A stretch of DNA of 64,000 nt. Origin: Tubulanus polymorphus. Taxonomy: Eukaryota > Animalia > Nemertea. The position numbers and the translations under genes are program-made. This document shows positions 13,541 to 27,043 of the stretch, piece by piece. Position 1 is the stretch's first letter; each line of letters opens with the position of its first letter. Below the pieces are notes generated by a model that had not been told where the DNA came from, searched no databases, and saw only the letters and a list, made by a program, of their open reading frames with translations. The DNA lies in NCBI RefSeq assembly GCF_964204645.1, contig NC_134032.1, forward strand, positions 6,064,275 to 6,128,274. Direction: 5' to 3'.

Positions 13541-14257
13541 ACCACCACACCACGTGCAATTACCAGGAGGATGCTACCACGTGACGGGATAAAAATGGAT
13601 TCCAAAAAATGGAATTGGCCAGACACAGGGGCTTGTAATTACTTACAAATACTAATCAAATGCATGGTTTAGGAGTTACATAATACCTGTTCCGGTACGT
13701 GTCATCATATTAAGAAATATAAAAAAGCCCAAAATTAAATATCGTAATGTGCTGCCATCTATATGGACGGGATGCCGGTCAGCACGGAACCAGTCTACTT
13801 CCGATTGAGCTGCGCCGCAGCGAATTTTTTTTCACACCAGATCCGCCATTTTGTTTCTACGTGTGACATAATATCACGTGATCTCAACATGTATACACAA
13901 TTACTACCGGTAAACATAAAACACGTGTTGCTTATAAACAGGAATGAGTTGAATAACGAAACCCACTAAGTAACAAAACGAAAATTGGAGTTTGAAATAT
14001 AATCCTTAATCATAATGTCAATAAAATTGGGGAATTATATGATCAATTTTATTAATTAAAATTTATGCTGATGTAGACACTTCGTGTAGAAGACGCTGTC
14101 CTCAATTATGCAACATCCAAAAAGCCCCAAGTCTAGACTTTTTGTGTCCTTGTAAATAAAACCTTATATGGGGGTAATACCCTCTTAGCCTCTGCAGGGA
14201 ATGAAGTCTACGTCCTTGAGCTCCTTCTTAAGGGCAAAAAATAAATACAGGCCTCTC

Positions 14258-14524
14258 CATGGGCGTCGCTAGGATTTTTTAGGGGGTTCGAATATCGGCA
14301 ATTTGGCGAATCTAGTAACTGCCTTTGACGATGTCCGAGGTTGCCATGGGGGTTTGGGTGTCCTCCCCCAAGAAAACTTTGAAAATTAGGAGCGATTTAA
14401 AGTGTTTTCCCGCCACCTTGAGTGATTACCTTGTGGAAAAAACACGAGTGTTTTTATATAAAGAAACCTAGCCGAAAAAAAGGGGGTTCGTTCGCACCCC
14501 CGAACCCCCCTGGCGACGCCTATG
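14258..14524. mobile_element. MITE nested in the CAC-ended element
   Basis: TIRs CATGGGCGTCGCTAG / CTGGCGACGCCTATG; CTC on both flanks. Confidence 0.6.
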
Positions 14525-14715
14525 CTCTGCTGCCACCAGACTTCAGCACCACTCATAAGTCAGATATTTGTCACAAATCAAACATTTATTTGCTAAACAA
14601 ACAAGCCCAACCTGGGCTTCACACATTTGTCAAAGAAAATATTTTTGAAAATGTAATACAAAATTAATCATTTACAGATACTGGTAGGGATCAGCAGTAT
14701 GACAGCCTCAGATTG

Positions 14716-15765
14716 AACATAAATAGGCCTACATCTTTCTTTGCACCTAATTATTCATGAGTCTGATAATTCTTAAATAAATTTGCAGCATTTTTGGTTA
14801 CTCTGTCTCTACTATGTACGAAACCATTTAGACCGAAGAGCATTCGAGATTATACGTCACGTTTGCACGACTGCTCTGTTGAACTGAATCATCATTCATG
14901 AAGATAAAGACCGAAAATAAATCGGGGTTACGCATGCGCAACAAAGCAACGACCTGGTGTGAAAAAGAAATTCGCTCCGCTGCATCAATACGGTCTCAGG
15001 CAAATACGAAGGCGTTATTATATTGAAATCTTTACATAATATACTAATACATAAGAAACTATTTTATATATTTTTTGAATTGAGCTAATGACATGTGTGT
15101 CAACATAAATAGGCCTACATCTTTCTTTGCACCTAATTATTCATGAGTCTGATAATTCTTAAATAAATTTGCAGCATTTTTGGTTACTCTGTCTCTACTA
15201 CGTACGAAACCATTTAGACCGAAGAGCATTCGAGATTATACGTCACGTTTGCACGACTGCTCTGTTGAACTGAATCATCATTCATGAAGATAAAGACCGA
15301 AAATAAATCGGGGTTACGCATGCGCAACAAAGCACCGACCTGGTGTGAAAAAGAAATTCGCGCGGAATACGAAGGCGTTATTATATTGAAATCTTTACAT
15401 AATATACTAATACATAAGAAACTATTTTATATATTTTTTGAATTGAGCTAATGACATGTGTGTTAACATAAATAGGCCTACATCTTTCTTTGCACCTAAT
15501 TATTCATGAGTCTGATAATTCTTAAATAAATTTGCAGCATTTTTGGTTACTCTGTCTCTACTACGTACGAAACCATTTAGACCGAAGAGCATTCGAGATT
15601 ATACGTCACGTTTGCACGACTGCTCTGTTGAACTGAATCATCATTCATGAAGATAAAGACCGGAAATAAATCGGGGTTACGCATGCGCAACAAAGCACCG
15701 ACCTGGTGTGAAAAAGAAATTCGCTCCGCTGCATCAATACGGTCTCAGGCAAATACGAAGGCGTT
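14716..15765 (+). repeat. Tandem repeat, about 2.8 near-identical units of 363-386 bp
   Basis: Units begin AACATAAATAGGCCTACATC at 14716, 15102 and 15465. Confidence 0.95.
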
Positions 15766-16404
15766 TCATCCCTTGTTATTTCTATATAGTAAGGCGTCGC
15801 GCCCGGTGATACTGATCCTTAACAGCAAATTATTTATCGGGAACTCTATAGTGGATAAATAAACAACATCATCACAAGGTATTTCTGTGATATTTTGAAT
15901 TTATTTGTATTTTAAATTTAGCGCCATTCTCGCGAGATTATCAACAACCCGGAAGTAAAATCCAAGCCAGTTTAAAAGCCCCTGTGGACAGAAATGCGTA
16001 AAAGGAAGAAAATGAAACAAAAATAATTCATGTACATTGTAAGTGTATCATAGAATGATTAATTAAACATTTTCCATTTACTCAAGCCGTTGAAAAGCAG
16101 TATAATGTGGCATCCGGGCTCATAATATCGTACAGTATAACCCACAGAGGACCACTACCAACTTTCCTGGATCCATTTACATATGCAATGATATCAAAAC
16201 GTCACTAAAGGGAATGCGATATCAATGGAAGCTGCGGGAGATGAGAAAGATTCTCTAGAACGGGTAAGGACGTATCTTCTTAATAATCTGATACATTTTT
16301 ATGAAGAAAAAATTACCTCTTCAATGTAGCTAAGAAATGTAGCTGAGGAAAAATTGTAAACCATAGGGATGCCTATGAAACAGCGCAGAATTGGTTTTTC
16401 GATA

Positions 16405-16826
16405 CGGTACAGCCTAGAAGAAACTTAACTCCGTTTTCGTTTGCGTTTGGTTTTATATCGTTCAAACCGCGTTTCGTAATTCGTTTTCGTTCGACACTCG
16501 TTAGGGACGAATATTCGTTTCAGAATTACGCGTTTCACTGCACGCTGCGCGCAACTAAACTTCGAACGCTCCTATTAGGCGTTTATAATGTTTGTGCATG
16601 TATTTTACCATGTAGTCATCCAAATACAAGAGATTGCACTCGAAAAGAAGGGAGCTGCTGTTAGTACGTTCGTGCATTCGATGTCTGCGCGCCATACGCG
16701 TTGAATTTGAACCGCGGGAGTAACTAGTTTGATTCAGGTTTCTATTTCGTTTTATCAAAAACGAAAAACGAAAACGCAACGATCTCCAACGAACGCCGGA
16801 CGCGTTATTACTTTTTGGCTGTACCG
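16405..16826. mobile_element. Tc1/mariner-like MITE
   Basis: TA|CGGTACAGCC ... GGCTGTACCG|TA, with internal inverted CGTTTT/AAAACG repeats. Confidence 0.55.
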
Positions 16827-17289
16827 TATATTATATGTCAAGCCTTCATGTAAACAAATTTTCCCAGGTGATAGGCAAGATCAAGTGTTCATGTATTCAC
16901 AGCAACAGTTATCTTTTTCTCTGAATTCTATCAAAAATTTATGTATTTTTGATTCTATAGATCGCAGGATGTGAACACAAAGAGAGCTTCAACGAGATGG
17001 TGGCTAAACATGAGTGCGTTATCTCGGTTTTTGGTTGCATGACACTGGCAACGTATAAGAACAAGAAGCCACTAATCAAAGGACTCGATTTCTTGCTATT
17101 CAGCGATGGAGTGTACCTTTGGCACAGTAAGTTCAATGCCTTTATATTGTAATTTGTGAACACAAGAGTATTATCTTGAAGGCAATTCGGACATTTTTAA
17201 TATACCCATTCGCGAATCTAGACAATTGCCTTATAATTTCGAACGTCGAGGAAACTGCGAACGAAAGTTTATAAATGCAGTGATATACT

Positions 17290-17800
17290 ATCCCAGTTAA
17301 GGACGCCCGCGCCCACTGTCACAAAATGCGAAAGACTAAAATCCAGAAACCAATACAAACCGGCGCTGATCAAGTTAGCAGTCGTAGACTTAAAAACCAC
17401 GATCGAAGTACTTCGCAAGGAGGTAGAAAAATGCGAAACAGTTTGGATACGGAGCGCAAAAAGCCATGTTGAAAGGTTACAAGAATTCAGCACCCGCAAG
17501 ATTCTCCAATTTATCCCAGAAGGTGAAAGCCTTAAACTGGCTAGTAACGGTCGCTTGGTTGACGAAACGCCTACGCATCCACAGCATGAGCTGAGTGATA
17601 AACCGTCAACCGCTGGAAATCCAAAAGCCACCTACTCGTCAACCGCTGGAAACCCAAAAGCCACGCAAGCGGGCCCAGCCGAACATGTACCACGGGCACG
17701 TTCCTCACGACCAAGTTTACCGGTGCGTAACCCATCCACGGCTGGTGAGTTTAACTGTTTGCGCGCAACTACCACAGACGCCCTCTTTCGTATTCGGTAG
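17290..17800 (+). pseudogene. LINE ORF1-like remnant
   Basis: Open frame CERLKSRNQYKPALIKLAVVDLKTTIEVLRK...VWIRSAKSHVERLQEF...GESLKLASNGR resembles the ORF1 C-terminus of CR1/L2-group elements; short tandem duplication of STAGNPKAT. Confidence 0.45.
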
Positions 17801-17989
17801 TAACCAGGTGCCAGGAGGCTCAGTAAATCAACGCAGATCTAGGACATCGAAACCGGACCAAAAACATCCTCGCGTTTCGTCATCGTCATCACCCGAAACC
17901 ACCATAGATTTGCTGCGCTCGGCCTAACGCTCGAAAAAAAGAATCGCACCTGACAATTCTCCACCGCGTTAGGTGTGCTTCGATATTAA

Positions 17990-19358
17990 TCTAATTCAAT
18001 TCAATCATTCAATTCAATTAATGTTTATTGTCTTTTAAATCAATATTACATGACTATAGGTGAGAAGAAAAACAAAATGAGGGGGAAAATAAAAATATGT
18101 TTAGGTCTTTGGCTAGCTTAGTTGATGTAAGAATCTTAGTAAACTGTGTATTAGTATTTCGGGTACAATAATCTGGGAGCAATTTTGTAAATTTTTCTAT
18201 AAGAAAGGCCCTTAAATCTGAATACTCTGGGCACTCCATCACAAAATGAACGTCGGTTTCTACTGCATCACACAGAGAGCACTTCCTGTCGACACGCGGG
18301 ATAAAATGTCTCCCCCCTTTCTATCATCAGTATGTGGGCACTTGGCCTGAGACGCGTAAGGGCCATTCAATAGTTCCTGTGCATGTTGAGTAGTAGGTAC
18401 GGTTCAATTTGGAATCCTGTTTTCACTAATCTAAATAACTCTAACTTGTTTGAATTTCCTATCTGATGATTCCAGTATATCTTGAACTTCTCCTGCATTT
18501 TGTGTCTTAACCTATTGTTGATTTAGAGATTTTAGAGTTTTCTATGTACAAAGATTCCCGACTAATACAAGAGAGTAAAGCATATACAAAATGATTCCAT
18601 TCCACCATGGCAGTTTCTTAACACTATCATAAATTGCATATGCTAAAGTACCATTCGAGCCCTTAATATGTTGCCAGAAGTTGGTAATTCTAATACAGGT
18701 TTCGATATAAAGTGGGTATTTCCCCAATTCCCCTAAAACTGCCATATCAGTGTTTTCCTATTAACCCCTAAAATGAATTTGCAAAGGCAAGTAATTTGTG
18801 GTGATGGGTTTCTTTCATGAGGGTTGATTCTAGGCAGAACTGGTTGTTCTTTGCTAATCTTTTGGCAAGTGTTGTAGAGGGCAGCCATATCTCGCAACCG
18901 TATAATAAGATTGGGCTCACAAGAGTGTCAAATTGATATAATGCCGCGTTTTACAGTTTAGTACCCCGATCATTTTCTGGATTGACAACATTGCCCGGTT
19001 GGCAGATGCGAAAAGATGCTCTTTGGCTTTCTGGAATTTATCATTCGATGAAAATATAAGGCCAAGGTATTTGAATTCTATAACCAACTCGAGGTATGAG
19101 TTTCCAAGTGAAAATTCAAATGTAAATTTACTTTTTTTTCTTTACACCACGACTTTGATCTTATCAGTATTGATCTCAAGTTTCCATTTTCTACAAAAAA
19201 GATCTAGCATTTCAAGACATTCCTGAAGTCCTTCTGGGGAGTTGGACACTAGCACGAGGTCATCGGCGTATAAGAGACAGCTAAGAAGTGTCGCCGATTA
19301 CTACAGGATCACATTTAACAATATCATTTATATACGGGTTGAAAAGAAGCGAACTTAA
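17990..19358 (-). mobile_element. 5'-truncated LINE (RTEX/CR1-group), RT C-terminus with zinc knuckle
   Basis: LLYADDLVL..EGLQ near 19230-19280; VLGELGKYPL; ETDVHFVMECPEY; (TTGAA)n-like tail at ~17994-18018. Confidence 0.75.
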
Positions 19359-19359
19359 A

Positions 19360-22011
19360 ATATAAAATGTAAAAATATTAAAATATTAAAATATAAAATG
19401 GACATAAAAAATAAAAAATAAATTCTCGCACGCTCGAATTTATTTTTTATTTTTTACTCCCTCGCCCCTTCAACCTTTGATATGAAACAACTTATTCCCT
19501 CTTACTCTAATAATATTCATATATATGAACATTATATAAATGAAATCAATTTTAATAAAAAATATGTTATTAAAATGGAGAGTAAACAAATACACAGTGA
19601 ATTCTTAAATAGAATCAAAGATACAACAAATGTCAAATCAGTAGATTATAAATTCAAAAAGGTTAACAGAATTAACATTACATAAGAAATATTTAATTAC
19701 AAATATTGAAACAATTACTAATAGATATGGTAATAAATTAGTAATTCACTTAGAATATGAAGGATTAAAAAGAAATAAATATAAATTTAGAACATATTTA
19801 CCAGATAGATTTCATAGATTATCTAGTGAAGATCTAGAAGAATTATGTTCAGGTAACTTCTATTTCATATATAAGGGTAAGAATGAAAAAGGGCACAATG
19901 ATATAGATTTTGAATAATATAAAAATATGTAAAATAAATGGTAGAATTAAAAGAATATAGAATATTTTTAAGTAAGAACAAAGTTAACTAATGAACAACA
20001 TAAATTCATAGTAAGAAAACCATTAGCTAAAATTGTAGGAATTACACCAAATAAAGTTTATACAAATGTTGATGCTACACCAAACCTAATGCCTTACACA
20101 CATTTTTATATGTATTGTAATTTAATTTATCCTATAAAGACATTTGAAGCAACTAAAGATACAATTTGTAATTCTGGTTAATTAAATATTTTACCATTAA
20201 AAATGCTAAACACTTTGGAACACATATTACTTATTATTTATCAGAATGCGAATTTAAACCTTGTATTCCACATTTTAATAATTTTAAATTAGAAGTTAGA
20301 AATCATATAATAATGCATACTTAATTGATTTTAATAATTTTCTTGTAATTTACGAATTAGTTATAAGATGTAAAGAGTAATTTTTTTGATATATAAATGA
20401 ATATAACTGTTGGACCGAGTTTATGTTTTGGATTTGATTTTAAACGTGAGAAAGAAATGAAATTTGATATTAATGATGTAATAACACGTATAAAAAATAT
20501 TGTATTTACTAATGAAACAACATTTGATCATGAAACATCAATAAATAAAGAAACTTATAATGTAGAAAAAATTACTGATTTAATTAGAAATTCTTTAAGA
20601 TTTTATGAATTAGATGAAGATTTTATCATCGATGATATTAAAAAAAATAATAACTGAAATACATAAAAATTAAAACTAATAATATTATAAATATTGAAAT
20701 AATTATAACTAAGTTAACTAAATATTTTGAATATAATTTTACATAGAGAAATGAAGTTTTAGATTCATTAATTAATTTAGATATTTATGTTACTGAAACT
20801 AATAATTTTAATGCAAAGATGGAATATATATTTCATGTATACGTAATTAATTTTAAAAAATTGAAAGATGAAAAACAATGGTTATTAAAATCTAATATGA
20901 AGTATTTGCAGAACCAGTTAAATTTTGCAGCTATTTGCGCAACAACAGGATGTGGAATTAGTTGGAATGATCATTTAAATAATTCTTAATATAAATTAAT
21001 TTAAAGTTTATTTAGATTTCATACTTATTTTCAAAAAATATTAATAATAAATGAATAAGAGTGTCCTTTACCAGGATCTAGATATTTTAAAGAATTACAT
21101 AATAAGATTAATTTATCAAAGTTTTATAAAAGTTGTAATGAATTTAATATAAGTATAAATAATTCTGATTTCAGAACAAAAATTGGAACAATAAGATCAC
21201 TTCCTTGCCCTACAAATATTGAACAATATTGTGCAATTCCATCTAATAGATTTTATAATATCTATAATAATAAATTAGGTTATGGTAAAATAGAAACTAT
21301 GGATTTAGAAACATTAAATTTCAAGAAAACAATGATGGTTGGGTTTATTTTATTTTAGATAATAGAGAAGGTTTTACTAAAGCTGGTATACAAAGAATAA
21401 ATCAATCAATTAGAACATATTTGATATGTATTCTAGGCGACCAAATTGTAACAAGATCCCCAATAATTGGAAATTTAAATACATCATTTGATACACAAAA
21501 ACAATTGAAAGTATTATTTGAAGATTCAATTCATAATGATAAAAATAGATCGATTCCAGAAAACATTGTAAGATATCAAAATTATTTAGATAAATCTCAT
21601 GTAAGATTAGATTATTGTATTGGTCCTAATTAATTAATTATTTCTGATGATTTAATATTAAAAATGGGAAATATAATTGGTTATGATAATCTAATTAAAA
21701 CTGCAACAAAAAACAATTCATTTGGATTAAATGATATGAATAAAAAGATTATTACTGCTCCAAAATTAATGGAAGGTGAAAAAATTTAAAAAAATATTCA
21801 ATCAACTGAAACTAAAACTAAGAATATTAAATTGGATAATGATTATAAAATAAAAGATTACAATATATAGCAAATCGAATATAGAAAATATAAAAACTGA
21901 TATTATTCAACATGATATAATTAAAAGTAATAATGATAATAAATCACATGAAAATGCTATAACTTGTATAGGAATTGTGATAGCAGGAATATTATATTTT
22001 AAATTTTAATT
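19360..22011 (+). mobile_element. Decayed Polinton copy B, left segment (homologs of the 108-aa ORF, minor capsid, 118-aa ORF and 460-aa ORF)
   Basis: MVELKEYRIF at ~19938 matches 36405-37163; 20397-20657 matches 36032-36388; ~20740-22009 matches 33510-34892; many stops and deletions. Confidence 0.9.
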
Positions 22012-23223
22012 TTTGGTTTACCTTTGTCAGCGATATGAAGTTGGCATTGAGCCAATACATGTAAAATCGCGGTACGTTTTTTTATGTGAGCATTTGTTTC
22101 ATTGGTTCTCGGTTTAAACGACGTATAATCGATGCGATTGAAGACATGGCGAACCTCCGTCGATGTACATGGTCAACTTTGTTAAAATTCTACGAAAAAC
22201 TGTTTTTGGCGGGAAAATTCTTAGCTCTCGCGTATAAAATTGCAATGACCTCGATTGGGGGGCGTCGTCTCTACGAGCGAATGTGATTGGCTGTTTTTGC
22301 TGCGAGGTATTAGACCGACACACGTACGCAGTTTACTCAGCTGACGCAATTAAATAGTTCGTTATAAAATGAATTATGTAGGCCTAGTTGTTGATATGTT
22401 ACATCAAAGCTTGGTTCAGTTTTGTGGTAGCGTATAGAATTATCAAAAAACGTCATCATCTTTCGAAAGCGGTTTATCGGGCCAAACGAAAGGATTCAAT
22501 AAAGCCAGATTCATGCGCAGGTATTTCACAATCAACTACATCGTCATTTACATCGCTCTCGGTAAGTCAAGTTTTCTTTCTATAAACTGTTAAAATTATA
22601 TTACTTGTGGCAGTGACAGCTTTCGAAAATCACATGTTTGTCATTCTAAGTGTTCAAGGGTTTGCTAAGTGTAGCTTTCATTTTACGAATTCTACACCGT
22701 GGTTTGTAATGGACGGATTATTATTAACACGTGCGATCAATCATGGCGGTGCCGTCATGAAACGTACTGTTGCCATTGTTAAGAGCAAGAAAGTGTCTGT
22801 CTCTACCCATTGTTTGTACGAGTCTAGCTAGGCCTAATTAGTCAATTTTTGTCTTTAGTTACTGATTTGTGGGAATTGAAAATCAGATTTAGGCGTACTG
22901 AACATTTTCACTAAATACATGGCCGTGGTCAGGTGAGTACGTCGCAGAAATAACAACATAGCCGTTACGGCTCAAATCGTTTTTCTGTAGTAGAATCTCT
23001 CAGATGATCACTCATTTTTCATCAACTTATTGTCGTCATTTATTTTGTTTGATAGGCTTATGTGTTGAGGTATTATGATATTTTAAGGGCTTGTTAGAAA
23101 CCGTGCAGCGCACGTGGTGCTGTATTATACAGCACCACGTGCGTATACAGTATATACTATCAATAGTATGTAGTATACATACACTTACATGCGTCGTGTC
23201 AGGAACTGACAGCAGTTCTCTTC

Positions 23224-23224
23224 A

Positions 23225-23268
<44 letters not shown>

Positions 23269-23325
23269 CACACGCACACACGCACACACGCACACACGCA
23301 CACACGCACACACACACACACACAC
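23224..23325. repeat. (GCAC)n/(CA)n microsatellite
   Basis: Directly visible. Confidence 0.95.
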
Positions 23326-23567
23326 GTTGGGCTCTGCACTGCTCTCACCCATCTGCATTGAATATAAATATATTGTTTCATGCAGTTTCAAAAAAACTTT
23401 CAATGAATTGAAAATTATTATATTGCATAATCATTTGAAGCATACACATTTGTCATACCATCCATTTTGCTAGTGTGTTCTACTCACACTACTTGATCAA
23501 TTTTATATCAATGAAACATGATTCAAATATAAGTCATTGTTGACAAATATTGAGCAATAGAAATTTA

Positions 23568-24771
23568 TTGTTATGCCCTTGACTTTACTTGAGAGGGCCC
23601 GTATTACAGAATTACCCGCATCTGAATACGTGCTGCAAGTGACCTTAACAGCGTAGAGGCTGCAATTGTTGACCTATTTATTTCAAACTTGATACACATT
23701 AGGATATCACTTGGGCCAGAACTATTTATTCGATTCAAATTACGGCCACCAGGGGCTAATGTTAGTGATTGGCAAGTAACTGTTGCAAGTAAAGCAGCCA
23801 GCTTAAGAACACATTAATGCTATTAGGCTACCCAAACTGATTGTCTCTGCGAGTATCACTGTGAGTTCACCGAACAAAGTTTTCACCTTATGCATATAAA
23901 ATTTGTCTAATAGTGTCTAGATAACAAGATCCAGAGCATCAACGATGAAACAATTTTCAACATTCATAATGAGACAATCTATCGAATATACACTACCAGC
24001 TTTACAACGCAGTCAGTCGCTAGAATGATTGGCAGTAGTTTGGAAGGCAGCCAATTTCCTGGAAACTTAAATTAGGCCACGCGTCTGAGGCACGTTTTCA
24101 CATCACTGACTGCAGTACATTTAAATATAACCACTGATCACAGCTTTTATACTATCATCGATATCAGATGAAATATTTCATAGCTGTCGCAGGATTCTTA
24201 CTAACAGTCGGATGCGATAGCCTTTTTTGAAAGCCCTGTTTAAGTAGGGTATCATATGGGGCAGAACCCTATTCAAAATCTGGTTAATTCAATTCAAATT
24301 ATGACCACCAGGGGCTGACATAAAAAATGACGTTAACAGCCTAGGGCAACAAATTTTTTTGTATACTTTGTACACGACTAGGGTATCACTTTGGACAGAA
24401 CCTTATAAAAAATTGGGTTGATGCGGTTAACATTATGGCCACAATGGGGCCGACATGATAAATAATGTTAGCAGTCTAGAAGCCGCAATTTTCTTAAAAC
24501 TTTATACACGATAAAACCTTTACTTGGGGCAGAGCCCTATTAAGGATTAAGTTGAATTGATTCAAATTATGGCCACCAGGGGAAAACAGCCTAGAGACTG
24601 CTACTGTTGATAAATTTTTTACACTTTGTGAACATGTTGTTTAATATCATTCTTATAGAAATAATTGTGGCAACAATATTTCTAACACATTTTACCACAA
24701 ATCCTGTCACTTCACATGTGGGCCAGCGACATTCAGGCAGGGGGCATTTGAGGCTTTGCCTCAATCTAGTT
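23568..24771 (+). mobile_element. Non-autonomous Helentron-associated (HINE-like) element nested in the Helentron 5' region
   Basis: 5' TTGTTATGCCC and 3' GGGGGCAT subterminal inverted repeat; hairpin TTGAGGC-TTT-GCCTCAA (24748-24764) then TCTAGTT; four internal degenerate repeats containing ATTATGGCCACCAGGGG. Confidence 0.6.
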
Positions 24772-25197
24772 TTTCAATGCGTCAATATCAAGTTTCAAGT
24801 TATTCACTTAAAATGTATTGAAACATCAATGATACTTCATTCATTTCAAATAGAGTATTCTTGAAATACTACAAAAAAACTTTCCTAACCATTGTAACTA
24901 CCAAAAATCTTCAGTAAATTTAATCATACATATTATAGGTGAAGTGAACTTCAAACATTTCAAAATTAATTATATTCTCCCTATTATCTTACTGTTGAGT
25001 ACTTGGGTGTTCATACAGATTTTATTTTCGTCTAGGAAAAACTTGTCCTTTCCATATTAACAATGTTACATGACTCTGAATTTTCTTTTTCAGGTTGAAA
25101 ACAGTAGGAAGGAAATCGTAAGTATTAGCTGAACATTGAAATGCTTGACCACCATAACTGACTAAAGCAAGACAATATTAATTGACAATTGCTTGAC

Positions 25198-25467
25198 AGT
25201 AATTGGAAGATGTGGGTTTCAGATCAGAGGACGAGAGGACGAGACACCACTCATCACCACAAGTAATTTTTTTCCTAATAAAAATGGGAGAGAGTGAGTA
25301 CCAGACAGAAAACAATAATGTTAATAAAAATCAATATTATTGCCCATATTGTAAAAAATACATTGATAAATCTATTAAACCTTATATGGAAAATGTTAGA
25401 AATTATATTGATTCACTAGAAATAAAAGATACAATTGAAATTTTAGAAATATTACGTAGTAAAATTG
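25198..25467 (+). repeat. Left TIR of Polinton A, extending into an internally deleted copy of the polB 5' end
   Basis: Reverse complement of ~42058-42639 with a deletion; NKNQYYC.YCKKYID is fused to KPYMENVRNYIDSLEIKDTIEILE. Confidence 0.85.
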
Positions 25468-25634
25468 TGACACACATAAACAGTGAGTGCGCGTAACAAC
25501 AGCTGCGCGTGTGTTAACTATACCTGGATAAATAGATGCTGTGAGGCTTGGGTGAGAACAGTTAATAGCGTGTTTGTTATATACAAGGGGAAGTAATCCC
25601 ACTCATCACCACAAGTAATTTTTTTTCCTTATAA

Positions 25635-25961
25635 ATGGGAGATAGAAAAGCATTCTTAGCAACAATAAATAACAGAATAAAACCAGCAAAAAAACAATTT
25701 GAAATAAAAAAGTTAGTTGATGTTACAAAAGAAATTGAACATAAAATATTGAAATTAGAAAAGATAAAAACTAAATATGGAGAGAAAGTATCAGCTAATT
25801 TAAGCTACTGTAATGTTAGTACATCACGAGAATTTAAAGTGTTTTTACCCGATAAACGGGTTTCATTGAGTATGGAGGAATTGAAAGATTTAGTAGGATT
25901 TAAAATAATATATCATGGGAAAAATGAAGACGGTCATCATGATTTAGAAATTGTTGATTAA
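25635..25961 (+). CDS. Small conserved Polinton protein (possible OB-fold/ssDNA-binding)
   Basis: 108 aa, TAAATG start; diverged homolog in copy B at ~19575-19917 (RYGNKL...FRTYLPDR...YKGKNEKGHNDIDFE); the function is inference. Confidence 0.65.
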   Translation: MGDRKAFLATINNRIKPAKKQFEIKKLVDVTKEIEHKILKLEKIKTKYGEKVSANLSYCNVSTSREFKVFLPDKRVSLSMEELKDLVGFKIIYHGKNEDGHHDLEIVD

Positions 25962-27043
25962 ATAAGAAATAAAAATAATGAATATCTATAATCCAAAATG
26001 ACCTTAGTTGTTTTATAAACAACTATAATCATACAGTACATCTGTTACATATTATTATAAGAGAGTGCTTCATTTGAATATTGATCAATCAAACAGGTGT
26101 TGCACAACGTTGTTGTTATATAATAAGCACGCAGTACATACAACACACACAAGCCAGTTAGCTGGTATTGAATTACTACGTTTTCATTAGTTGCTGAAAG
26201 CGAGGTTTATTTAAATTAGCTCAGTCGTGACGACAGGAGGATAGTCATCATTCTCTCGTGATTAAAAGGAATATTTCAATGTTTTTACGGTAAGTTTTTG
26301 CAAAACCACCCGACTTGACTCGCAGAGTTTTTAGGGGATAAGCATCCCGTTATTGAGAGGCGCCACGAGATACCTATCCCCAAGCATTTCTACTTACACC
26401 CCTGTGACCCACACCTCACCAATTCTCCTTCAATGGTTGACAGTCAACACATTATATTAAAGGCGCCTAATGCATTTCCTATCAACCCCTTACCCCCGAA
26501 AGGAGGATCGAAAGTCGAAACTGAAGGAGAACCACGGAGGGTGGACAAAGGTGCATTTTCGAAATGCCCCTGCAAGCCAAGCCCGGCGGCACTCCAGTGG
26601 TTGAATGAATTACCTTATATACTTAGCTAAAACACCTAAGTAAATGTTGTTGGTGCTAAAAAAATATGTGAAATTTGAAATTATAAATTATTCCAAATGA
26701 AAAGAATGTAAGAATGAAAACTGATAAATGAATTATGTATTTTTAACTTCATTATGATATAATTTTTAATCAAATTAGTAATCAATTACTATATTAATTG
26801 ATTAACAAATTCAAATTCAAATATTCAAATAAAAACAAAATAAATTAATAAAAATAATGAATATCTAGAATCCGAAATGACTTATCTGGACAATTTAATT
26901 GCTCCACATAGATAGACAAAAGTAGTGAGATATTCAATTATTTTTTTTGTTTTTTTTCTAAAATATTAATCCATTTGTTGGTCGAAGAAATGGAAGAGGA
27001 TTATAAATTATTAACCAATTTAGTAAAAAAATACGTATAATAA

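Larger units (their letters stand above)
13624..15986. mobile_element. Non-autonomous CAC-ended (EnSpm/CMC-like) DNA transposon
   Basis: TIRs CACAGGGGCTT / AAGCCCCTGTG; GA dinucleotide on both flanks (2-bp duplication); no transposase ORF. Confidence 0.65.

Noticed and set aside
23091-23411. ORFs with HARTHART / VCVCAC repeats
   Set aside because: Translations of a microsatellite
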